Shown here piece after piece: positions 47,359 to 56,685 of a stretch of 64,000 bases of DNA. The notes under the pieces were generated by a model. That model ran no database searches. It worked only from the letters and a program-made list of their open reading frames with translations, and had not been told where the DNA came from. Source of the stretch: an uncultured Flavobacteriales bacterium. GTDB taxonomy: Bacteria; Bacteroidota; Bacteroidia; Flavobacteriales_D; Sanyastnellaceae. Position 1 is the first letter of the stretch. Each line of letters starts with the position of its first letter. Location: positions 8,828 to 72,827 of the forward strand of contig CAJXHE010000002.1 of NCBI GenBank assembly GCA_913051865.1, written 5' to 3'. The position numbers and the translations under genes are program-made.

Positions 47359-48052
47359 TAGAAAAACCCCCCAAGCAGACATAGAAAACAAACGCTCAAC
47401 ATTGCGAGCTTTGGGATTTATTGCTTCCTTGTCACTCGTACTCATTGCGCTTTCTTGGACCAGTTACGACGTGATCACGAGACAAGCTTTGAATTACGAA
47501 GCCGATCTTCTCGAAGATGAGGAGATTCCAATTAATATTGTGACCCCTCCGCCGCCTCCGCCGCCCCCTCAACAAACAACTGTGATTGAGATTGTCGATG
47601 ACGAAGAAGAAATTGAAATTGAACTTGAGATTGAAGACATCGAGTTAGATGAGGATACTGAGATCGAAATTATTGAAGAGGATGATGACGTCGATGATGA
47701 CACCCCTTTTATGATTGTAGAGAACATGCCTGCCCTTGCTCAATGTAAAACGATGAGGGGGGATGAGCGTCATCAATGCACTCAAATGGAAATTATCAAG
47801 TATGTTTCTAAAAACACCAAATACCCTCCCATTGCAAAAGATGCAGGCATTCAAGGAACTGTATTCGTTTACTTTGTGGTCGGAAAAGATGGAAAGGTAA
47901 AGGATGTTAAGGTATTACGTGAAGTAGATTCTCGTTTAGACAAAGAAGCGAAGCGGGTCGTTGAATCGTTGCCACGTTTTGACCCAGGTTCGCAACGCGG
48001 TAAGAACGTAAGTGTTCAATACACAATCCCTGTCAAGTTTATTATTAGATAA
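47351..48052 (+). CDS. Energy transducer TonB-family protein
   Basis: N-terminal TM anchor, a P9 tract, an acidic linker, and a C-terminal TonB_C-like domain (YPPIAKDAGIQGTVFVYFVVGKDGKV...VQYTIPVKF). Confidence 0.8.
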   Translation: MISRKTPQADIENKRSTLRALGFIASLSLVLIALSWTSYDVITRQALNYEADLLEDEEIPINIVTPPPPPPPPQQTTVIEIVDDEEEIEIELEIEDIELDEDTEIEIIEEDDDVDDDTPFMIVENMPALAQCKTMRGDERHQCTQMEIIKYVSKNTKYPPIAKDAGIQGTVFVYFVVGKDGKVKDVKVLREVDSRLDKEAKRVVESLPRFDPGSQRGKNVSVQYTIPVKFIIR

Positions 48053-48080
48053 TCAGGATTGTGGAGTGCCACTTGATGTG

Positions 48081-48665
48081 CTAGAATATTTGAATTGCCT
48101 CAAAGTAACCATCTAGTGCAAGAAGAAGATATAATGCAAAGAGGACTGAGCCCAGCTTGAGTCCTCTTTTTGCGTACAGGTATATCGATACAGTATCAAT
48201 CACGATCCAGTATAACCAGTTATCATGGACCAAATTGATCATCAACCACGTTGCTACAAGACTGAATATTGTTGTGAACGCATCCAGGTATGGCATGGCA
48301 GCATCTGTCGAGTATTTTAAAAACAAACCTAACAGCACCGTCCCCAATGTCGCTGTTGAGAGCCATATGGCATGCGTAGTTAGAGAGATCTGATGAGCAG
48401 TCGCCCCGCCTTCAGAGACCAAGTTGTATCCGTAGACTGCCATCCCTATGTAGAAAAATTGAAGCGCACTTTCTGCATATATTTTCCGCTTCCAACACAG
48501 AAAAGCAAATAGTCCAGCGCCTAATCCCGCCAAGATGTATCCTTCAGGCAGCACCCCCTTTAAATACATTAAGGTGTACGCGAGTGAAAAAACGACTGCG
48601 AGTGCTTCTATAAGTTTGTTCTGTGTGGCGTTAGACATCGAATCTAGATCGTATTTCTTGTTCAA
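48081..48665 (-). CDS. pnuC: PnuC-family transporter (nicotinamide riboside or a related vitamin)
   Basis: 194 aa with ~7 TM helices. It is Trp-rich with the PnuC-like pattern (NWLYWIVIDTVSIYLY). The start is at 48665 or 48638, and either overlaps the upstream kinase-like gene. Confidence 0.7.
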   Translation of the reverse strand: MNKKYDLDSMSNATQNKLIEALAVVFSLAYTLMYLKGVLPEGYILAGLGAGLFAFLCWKRKIYAESALQFFYIGMAVYGYNLVSEGGATAHQISLTTHAIWLSTATLGTVLLGLFLKYSTDAAMPYLDAFTTIFSLVATWLMINLVHDNWLYWIVIDTVSIYLYAKRGLKLGSVLFALYLLLALDGYFEAIQIF

Positions 48666-49194
48666 TAAAATCTACCCGTTGTTCTGTGGATAGAATCGGC
48701 ACGAAAACATATTTAAGCCCTCTTTTTTCAAGCTTCTCCCGAAACAGTTCGTTGACTTCGACTCTTTTACTATAATCGGGAAACAGTCTAATTGGGTCAG
48801 GCTCCCATTCCTTTAGGGTGGCACATAACAGATATAGGTCCACCGCTGATTCAGTTTGATCATTGTCCGCTGACACTTCTTTGCCGAACACGAGTTCAGA
48901 CCAAACATCTAACGCGAGTATGCCAGTATCGCAAAAGATTCCTTTTGCATTTGTATGAGAGAGGAGCTTCGCAACCTCATTTTCATTGAGGATGTTTAAT
49001 TCCTGCAAGGTTTTGAATGTTTCCTCTCCGTGTAACACTTCCTTATTTTCCCGGCATAGTTCTAGGATATAAGGCCAGTTGAATCGTTCGGCGAGTGGCT
49101 TAATTAACGTTGACTTGCCAGAATTCTCTACACCAGTGAGTACGATCCGAAGTGGCTTATGTTCGACTTTTAATACTTTTTCAGGGCTACTCAT
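48631..49194 (-). CDS. P-loop ATPase/kinase resembling the ribosylnicotinamide kinase domain of NadR (AAA_28-like)
   Basis: 187 aa. Walker A LTGVENSGKST is comparable to GGESSGKST of NadR. Small kinase-sized protein with an 8-nt overlap with the LRR gene. Confidence 0.65.
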   Translation of the reverse strand: MSSPEKVLKVEHKPLRIVLTGVENSGKSTLIKPLAERFNWPYILELCRENKEVLHGEETFKTLQELNILNENEVAKLLSHTNAKGIFCDTGILALDVWSELVFGKEVSADNDQTESAVDLYLLCATLKEWEPDPIRLFPDYSKRVEVNELFREKLEKRGLKYVFVPILSTEQRVDFIEQEIRSRFDV

Positions 49195-49783
49195 CGAACA
49201 TACAATTACATGGTTCAGACATTTCTAATGCAACATCAGGGAGAAGTTCCCGCAACCATGTTTGCTCAAGGTATGTCATGTCATTATGCAGAAGATCTAA
49301 GGTCTTTAGGTTTTGAATGTTGCTTAGCGAAGCTGGAAAGTTCCTGATAAGGTTAGACCAAAGCCCAAGCCATTCGAGATTGCCCAAATGATCAATATTT
49401 ATGGGTATATCCGATATTAAATTATCACCTAAATAGACGAGCCTTAATTTATCTAATGTCAAAATGGCCAGTGGGAATTCATCTAGTTTATTACGTTCAG
49501 CAGAGAACAGTTCCAATTTGGAGAGTTCTGAGATCCAAGAAGGGATTGAAACGATTCGGTTTTTATCCAAGCGAAGTTCCACAAGGTCTTTGTATGCCTT
49601 AATTTCTTCTGGGACCTTGCTAAGCTTTTGTTTTGTTAAGTCAAGCCGTGTGACCAGCATTCCATTTTCTGATGCTATTTGTGCATCTTCGATAGATTCA
49701 TACATGGGGGCTTGCATTTGGGGAAAGCAAATGACAACACTGAATAACCACACCACAGTCCCAAGAAACCAAGCGCGCTTCAT
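49187..49783 (-). CDS. Leucine-rich repeat protein with a signal peptide
   Basis: 198 aa with about six LxxLxLxxNxL-type repeats (LVELRLDKNRIVSIP, LELFSAERNKLDEFP, LRLVYLGDNLISDIP, LEWLGLWSNLIRNFP, LKTLDLLHNDMTYL). Confidence 0.8.
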   Translation of the reverse strand: MKRAWFLGTVVWLFSVVICFPQMQAPMYESIEDAQIASENGMLVTRLDLTKQKLSKVPEEIKAYKDLVELRLDKNRIVSIPSWISELSKLELFSAERNKLDEFPLAILTLDKLRLVYLGDNLISDIPINIDHLGNLEWLGLWSNLIRNFPASLSNIQNLKTLDLLHNDMTYLEQTWLRELLPDVALEMSEPCNCMFDE

Positions 49784-50730
49784 TGTTGAGGAGGTTTCGT
49801 GTCTGCAAGGATTGACATCGCCTTTAATTTGTCATTATTTAGCGCGGCTTTTAATTCATCATGTCCAGAAAATTTCTGTTCCTCTCTAAGCCGGTCTACA
49901 AATTGAACGTCAATACGTTTCCCGTAACAATCACCATCAAATCCTATGATATGTAATTCGATCGTGTCATCAGATGCGTTCATTGTTGGACGATTTCCAA
50001 TATTTAACATTCCCGGCATCCAATCTCCATCCTCGACTTTTGCCCAAACGACATATGCTCCTTTCGCAGGCACAATTTTTAATTCATCTTTTAATTGAAG
50101 ATTCGCTGTTGGGAAACCCAGTGTTCTCCCAATTTGATCCCCTTTTACAACGCGCCCTGACATTGGGAAAAGGTGGGATAGCAACCTTCCTGCGTAGCCT
50201 ACTTCACCCTCATAGATTGCCTTTCTAATCTTTGTAGAGCTTACTCTCACGTTGCTAACCTTTTCAGCATCTAAGGCAGTAACGCCAAATCCGAACATCA
50301 CACCCATTTCTTTTAAATCATCAAATGATCCTTCTCGATTCCTGCCAAATCGGTGGTCATCCCCGATGACGACTTCTGCGGGCCTAATCCCCTCAACCAA
50401 AAGTCCACGCACATATTCTAAAGGTGTTAATCTCGCTAAATTGTTGTCAAATCTCGCCATGATTAAATGATTAAGACCAGCATTCCCTAAAAGTTTGATT
50501 TTTTCCTCCTGTGAATTTAATAATTTTAATTTGTGGTTATGCGGATGAAGAACAACTCTTGGGTGTGGATGGAACGTAAGCAGTGCAGTTTCACCCCCTA
50601 TCTCGTTCGCTTTTTGTTCCAAAACGCTTATAACGGCCCGATGTCCGGCGTGTACACCATCGAAAGTTCCAATCGTTAATACGATGGGTTTTGCTATTTT
50701 AATCCCGTCTGTGAGGTGGTATACTTTCAA
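49780..50730 (-). CDS. ribF: Bifunctional riboflavin kinase / FAD synthetase
   Basis: 316 aa. GTFDGVHAGH nucleotidyltransferase motif, and a C-terminal riboflavin kinase region (GRTLGFPTANL, ...ELHIIGFDGDCYGK). Confidence 0.95.
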   Translation of the reverse strand: MKVYHLTDGIKIAKPIVLTIGTFDGVHAGHRAVISVLEQKANEIGGETALLTFHPHPRVVLHPHNHKLKLLNSQEEKIKLLGNAGLNHLIMARFDNNLARLTPLEYVRGLLVEGIRPAEVVIGDDHRFGRNREGSFDDLKEMGVMFGFGVTALDAEKVSNVRVSSTKIRKAIYEGEVGYAGRLLSHLFPMSGRVVKGDQIGRTLGFPTANLQLKDELKIVPAKGAYVVWAKVEDGDWMPGMLNIGNRPTMNASDDTIELHIIGFDGDCYGKRIDVQFVDRLREEQKFSGHDELKAALNNDKLKAMSILADTKPPQQ

Positions 50731-50750
50731 GGTTGTAAAGTTATGCTTAA

Positions 50751-52331
<1,581 letters not shown>

Positions 52332-52333
52332 AG

Positions 52334-52567
52334 ATGACAGTAGATATTCTTACACCGGACAAGCATCTTTTTAATGGAGAAGCCAGCTATGTAGGGCTTC
52401 CTGGTATCGGTGGCAGTCTTGGGATTTTGAGCAATCACGCTCCCTTAGTGACGACACTTGCATCAGGTGAAATAACCGTGAGGACTGACAAGGAGGAATT
52501 GTCGTTCAATGTGAAAGGAGGGACGGTTGAAGTGCTCAAAAATCACGTGACTATCCTAGCTCAGTAA
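52334..52567 (+). CDS. atpC: F-type ATP synthase epsilon subunit, short form
   Basis: 77-aa N-terminal beta-sandwich only, beginning 2 nt after the atpD stop. Short epsilon subunits are usual in Bacteroidota. Confidence 0.85.
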   Translation: MTVDILTPDKHLFNGEASYVGLPGIGGSLGILSNHAPLVTTLASGEITVRTDKEELSFNVKGGTVEVLKNHVTILAQ

Positions 52568-52581
52568 GAATCTCTTTTATG

Positions 52582-53058
52582 CTAGGGGTGGTGATAAGGC
52601 TCTCCCTTAAGGATTGTATGCGCCCTGTAGAGCTGTTCAACAGCGAATATCCGGATGAGTTGATGAGGGAATGTCAAGGGCCCTAAGGCCCATTTCTCAT
52701 TTGCTTTGCGCTGTATCGAAGGATCAAATCCATAGGGTCCGCCGATTAAAAAAGCAATATGTTTGAGTCCTCTCACCTGTAATTTTTCAAGGTGCTTGGC
52801 AAAGTCCATTGATCCGTAGACTTTTCCGTGTTCATCTAGAAGGATTAAATAATCCACGCCTTCTAACGCTTTTTCTTGAAGAATTGCTTCCTCCTTCATG
52901 ACTCTTTTTGAATCAGCCTTTGCGAATTTATTTTTAAGGTTTGCGGTCTCAATAAAGGAAAAACGGCCATATCGCACCATCCTTTTGGCATATTCTTCTA
53001 TCCCAGTCTTAATCCAAACTGCATTTGTCTTGCCCGTTGCTATAATTGATATCTGCAC
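52582..53058 (-). CDS. rlmH: 23S rRNA (pseudouridine1915-N3)-methyltransferase RlmH
   Basis: 158-aa SPOUT-fold protein with IGGPYGF and a C-terminal HQLIRIFAVEQLYRAHTILKGEPYH motif. Confidence 0.9.
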   Translation of the reverse strand: MQISIIATGKTNAVWIKTGIEEYAKRMVRYGRFSFIETANLKNKFAKADSKRVMKEEAILQEKALEGVDYLILLDEHGKVYGSMDFAKHLEKLQVRGLKHIAFLIGGPYGFDPSIQRKANEKWALGPLTFPHQLIRIFAVEQLYRAHTILKGEPYHHP

Positions 53059-53097
53059 GCCGTGAAGTTAAGGTTTGTAGGGTATTATCTTCGCACC

Positions 53098-53973
53098 ATG
53101 CTGAATGATGATATGAAGAGTTTTATTACCTATTCTCTGAAAGAGGATTTAGGATCTGGAGACGTTACTTCTGAATCGAGTGTTCCAGAGGATTTGATTG
53201 AAAAAGGATACATACTTGCAAAGGAAGCAGGTGTTATTGCAGGTATTAAAGTGGCAAAGGAGGTGTTTCACCAAATAGATTCTAGTCTTGCATTTAAGAC
53301 TTTCGTAAAAGATGGCGCACCGGTCAAGTCAGGAGATGTGGTGATTGAGCTGCACGGATCGGCCAGAAGTATTCTCTCTGGAGAACGTTTGGCCTTGAAT
53401 TTCATGCAACGCATGAGTGGGATCGCAACCAGGACTGCAGAGATCGTTCAAATCCTTGATGGCACGAACACCCAAGTTTTAGATACCAGGAAGACAACTC
53501 CTGGATTGAGAGGATTTGAAAAATGGGCTGTCAGCATTGGGGGTGGAGTCAATCACAGGATGGGACTTTACGATATGATTCTGCTAAAAGACAATCACGT
53601 AGATTATGCAGGTGGTATGACTGAAGCCCTTAAAAAAGTGGCTGACTATCAAAAAACCCGAGATGATGCGTTGACAGTTTTACCTCTTGTCATTGAGACG
53701 AGGTCTTTCCAAGAAATCGAAGATGCCATTGCCGCTTCACAAAAAGCAGGGATTGTCATCGAGAGAATTTTATTAGACAATTTCGGGCCGGATAAAGTAG
53801 CAGAAGCGGTTGAAAGTTATGGGCATCTTGTGACCTTAGAAGCTTCAGGTGGTATCACTCCAGAGAACCTCAATGGGTATGGAGAAACGGGAGTGGATTT
53901 TGTCAGTATGGGCTACATGACGCATTCAGTCAAAAGTTTAGATTTGAGTTTAAAAAGTTCGCCAAATGTCTAG
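53098..53973 (+). CDS. nadC: Nicotinate-nucleotide pyrophosphorylase (carboxylating)
   Basis: Motifs ERLALNFMQRMSGIAT, LDTRKTTPGLR, GGGVNHRMGLYD, LLKDNH. The ATG at 53098 is preferred over the GTG at 53062, which lies 3 nt from the divergent rlmH start. Confidence 0.93.
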   Translation: MLNDDMKSFITYSLKEDLGSGDVTSESSVPEDLIEKGYILAKEAGVIAGIKVAKEVFHQIDSSLAFKTFVKDGAPVKSGDVVIELHGSARSILSGERLALNFMQRMSGIATRTAEIVQILDGTNTQVLDTRKTTPGLRGFEKWAVSIGGGVNHRMGLYDMILLKDNHVDYAGGMTEALKKVADYQKTRDDALTVLPLVIETRSFQEIEDAIAASQKAGIVIERILLDNFGPDKVAEAVESYGHLVTLEASGGITPENLNGYGETGVDFVSMGYMTHSVKSLDLSLKSSPNV

Positions 53974-54937
53974 CACGCCCAACCCAAAATCACAGAATCC
54001 TTTCTTGTTTAGGCTTAAGAATCTCCGATTGGTCATCAATACTCAGAAATTTTTACGTTCAAAAACGCCATGGGGTGTTGAGGGAATGACCCTCTATGAT
54101 GTATTGAGGTTTTTTGGGCTTGGATTAATAAATGGATCGGTCTCAATTCGGGCAGCATCAATTTCCTTTCGTCTTCTACTGGCATTTTTCCCAGCCATGA
54201 TTCTACTGCTCAGTGTGCTGCCTCATACGCCGTTAGAGCCTGATGCTGTTCTGGATGCCTTGCTTCTTTTTTTTCCAGGAGAAACAGTCAGTCTTTTTGA
54301 ACTGACGGTCAGTGATTTACTTGAGAAAAGTCACGGGTCTGTGCTTTCAATAGGATTTGTTCTTACCGTTGTGTATGCTTCTAACAGTGTAAATGCGATT
54401 CTTGCAGGGTTTAATGCAAGCTATCTGTTAGATAAAAAAGGGAATGCGTTCATATACTCTTTGTTATCTCTGTTGCTTCTTGTTATTCTTGTATTTATGC
54501 TTGGTGTCGCCGTCTTGCTCATTGGTTTTAGTGGGCAAGCATTGACTTGGGTGTCCTCAAATGGATGGCTTCCGGGTGGACTGGTTCCTTGGCTCAATGC
54601 TGCCCGATGGACACTTTCGCTTATCCTCGTTTATTTCTCAGTTTCTTTGCTCTATCATTTTGGCAACAGCGAAAGAGATAAATGGCGAACGTTCACTCCG
54701 GGTGCGACAATGACCACTTTACTTATCGTCTTTCTTTCCCTTGGCTTTGGATATTTCATTTTGTATCTGGATAGTTTTAATAGGCTTTATGGGTCTTTAG
54801 GTACTTTCTTGTTGTTATTGGTATGGATCAATGCGAACAGTTCAATCTTGTTGCTGGGGTTTGAATTCAATGTCAGTATTCATAAAGCAAGAAATGAAGC
54901 ACGAAGCAACTTGCAAACAAAATCGAAAATCACGTAA
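53966..54937 (+). CDS. YihY/BrkB-family membrane protein
   Basis: 323 aa with six TM helices and the N-terminal pattern ASISFRLLLAFFPAMILL typical of the YihY family. Confidence 0.75.
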   Translation: MSSTPNPKSQNPFLFRLKNLRLVINTQKFLRSKTPWGVEGMTLYDVLRFFGLGLINGSVSIRAASISFRLLLAFFPAMILLLSVLPHTPLEPDAVLDALLLFFPGETVSLFELTVSDLLEKSHGSVLSIGFVLTVVYASNSVNAILAGFNASYLLDKKGNAFIYSLLSLLLLVILVFMLGVAVLLIGFSGQALTWVSSNGWLPGGLVPWLNAARWTLSLILVYFSVSLLYHFGNSERDKWRTFTPGATMTTLLIVFLSLGFGYFILYLDSFNRLYGSLGTFLLLLVWINANSSILLLGFEFNVSIHKARNEARSNLQTKSKIT

Positions 54938-54945
54938 TTAGCGAT

Positions 54946-55401
54946 ATGATGATATTAAAGAAAATCCCTTTGTTAAGCTCCCTGTTGCTGATTTCTGCTT
55001 TTTCTTTTTCCCAAACCTCAATTGAGGGGCTTTGGAAAACGATAGACGATGAAACGGGTCGAATCAAAAGTGTCGTTGAGATCACTGAAAGAGATGGTCA
55101 ATTTTATGGCACAATCGTAGAACTTTTCAGACTTCCGGAGGAAGATCAAAACCCAATATGTGATCTGTGTGAAGATGATAGAAAAGATATTCCTGCCCTT
55201 GGAATGGAGATTGTGAGGAACATGGTCCTTGCAGAAGGAGAGTCTCAGGAATGGGAGGAAGGAACGATATGTGATCCAAAGAAAGGATCGATATACGATT
55301 GCGAAATGTGGTTCGCAGATGGAGATACGGATGTCCTTAAAGTTCGCGGATATATCTGGTTTATTTTCAGAACACAGGATTGGCTCCGCGTCAAGGATTA
55401 G
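54946..55401 (+). CDS. DUF2147-domain secreted protein
   Basis: Signal peptide, then GLWKTIDDETGRIKSVVEI...DGQFYGTIV and ...GTICDPKKGSIYDCEMW...LKVRGY, the characteristic DUF2147 pattern. Confidence 0.75.
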   Translation: MMILKKIPLLSSLLLISAFSFSQTSIEGLWKTIDDETGRIKSVVEITERDGQFYGTIVELFRLPEEDQNPICDLCEDDRKDIPALGMEIVRNMVLAEGESQEWEEGTICDPKKGSIYDCEMWFADGDTDVLKVRGYIWFIFRTQDWLRVKD

Positions 55402-56684
55402 GTAAGCTTATCTAGGAGCTCCGAGAGTTCTTTTGTTAATGCTTTTCTCTCATATGGCGAAGGATCTATCTTTTTTGTCCCATCATCAACAATGACATTG
55501 TGTAGCATTTCATATGCTGCTGCGTCATCATTGTGATCGCAAAACGGAAGTCCCCACTCGGTTAAACGCTGAGATAAATCACTCGGACTGTTACAAATCG
55601 ACACGATTGGCTTTTGAGTCGCGATGTACTCAAACACCTTTCCTGGCGTACATTTCCTTGCAGGATCGGTGTTGTTTTGGACCAATAGAAGTGCATCACA
55701 ATTCATCATTTCTTGAATGGCTTCCCTGTGATTGACGCCTGGCAAGTGTTTTATAAAATCCGTGTTTTCCATAGCCTTGCGAACGTCTTCGCCGATACTT
55801 CCCACGAGTACGATTTCGATTTTCATCTCTTGCTCAGAGTTCCATCTCGTTACAGCTTTCCAAAGCCCCGGAGCGTTCCTCGAACCATATAATGCCCCAA
55901 AATGACCTATCCGGAAGTGTTTTCTTTTTTCAGAGACAACTGAGATGTTTTCAAAATCATTACTATCCCAACCGTTTGGTATTAAGGTATGCTTGTTTTT
56001 ATCTAAAATTTCTAGATGTGAATTTGCGACAGATGGAGAATTGATGAGGATGTGATCGCAGTTTCTCACCACTTGACGTTCCATTTCCACTAGTTTTTTC
56101 CGAGCTCTCGCACCCATTTTAAATTCGTCCAAATAGTCCATGTCTGACCATGGGTCTCGGAAATCAGTAAGCCATATTAAATCGGGGAAAGACTGTTTCA
56201 CGTTCAATGCGATGAGGTGCATACTGTGCGGGGGGCCAGTGGATATAATTGCATCAACATGGTGCTTTGAAAGCCATTTTTTTAGAAATTTTGAGGAAGG
56301 CCGAATCCACGCTGATCTTGCATCGGGGATGAAGATATTTCCCCTTACCCATCTTGTAAATTCGCTGATCAGGGATTTATTTCCACCCTTTTTGTTTTCT
56401 GCGCCTGTACGTCCTGTTGATTTACGTCCTCCTATTACAGAGACAACTCTAGATGGCTCAAATATGGGTAATTTCAGTACGGTGACGCCATCTGGAATTT
56501 CTTTTAACAAGCTTGGATCTACAACCGGAACATCTGGGTTTTCTGGTGTGAAAATAACAGGGTCCCATCCGAAGCTATTTAGATATTTTGAAAATTTCAA
56601 CCAGCGTTGTACACCTGCTCCCCCAGATGGTGGCCAGTAATACGTAATGATCAGTACCTTTTTATTTTCCTTTGCGTGATTCAA
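55398..56684 (-). CDS. Glycosyltransferase (GT-B fold, family 4/1-like)
   Basis: 428 aa. The N-terminal KKVLIITYYWPPSGGAGVQRW pattern and the C-terminal nucleotide-sugar-binding half (...PGKVFEYIA...) fit this class. Confidence 0.75.
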   Translation of the reverse strand: MNHAKENKKVLIITYYWPPSGGAGVQRWLKFSKYLNSFGWDPVIFTPENPDVPVVDPSLLKEIPDGVTVLKLPIFEPSRVVSVIGGRKSTGRTGAENKKGGNKSLISEFTRWVRGNIFIPDARSAWIRPSSKFLKKWLSKHHVDAIISTGPPHSMHLIALNVKQSFPDLIWLTDFRDPWSDMDYLDEFKMGARARKKLVEMERQVVRNCDHILINSPSVANSHLEILDKNKHTLIPNGWDSNDFENISVVSEKRKHFRIGHFGALYGSRNAPGLWKAVTRWNSEQEMKIEIVLVGSIGEDVRKAMENTDFIKHLPGVNHREAIQEMMNCDALLLVQNNTDPARKCTPGKVFEYIATQKPIVSICNSPSDLSQRLTEWGLPFCDHNDDAAAYEMLHNVIVDDGTKKIDPSPYERKALTKELSELLDKLT

Positions 56685-56685
56685 G

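Noticed and set aside
49464-49889. 141-aa plus-strand ORF
   Set aside because: It lies antisense to the LRR and ribF genes. It has low-complexity Ser-rich shadow-ORF composition, and both sense-strand genes carry clear family motifs.
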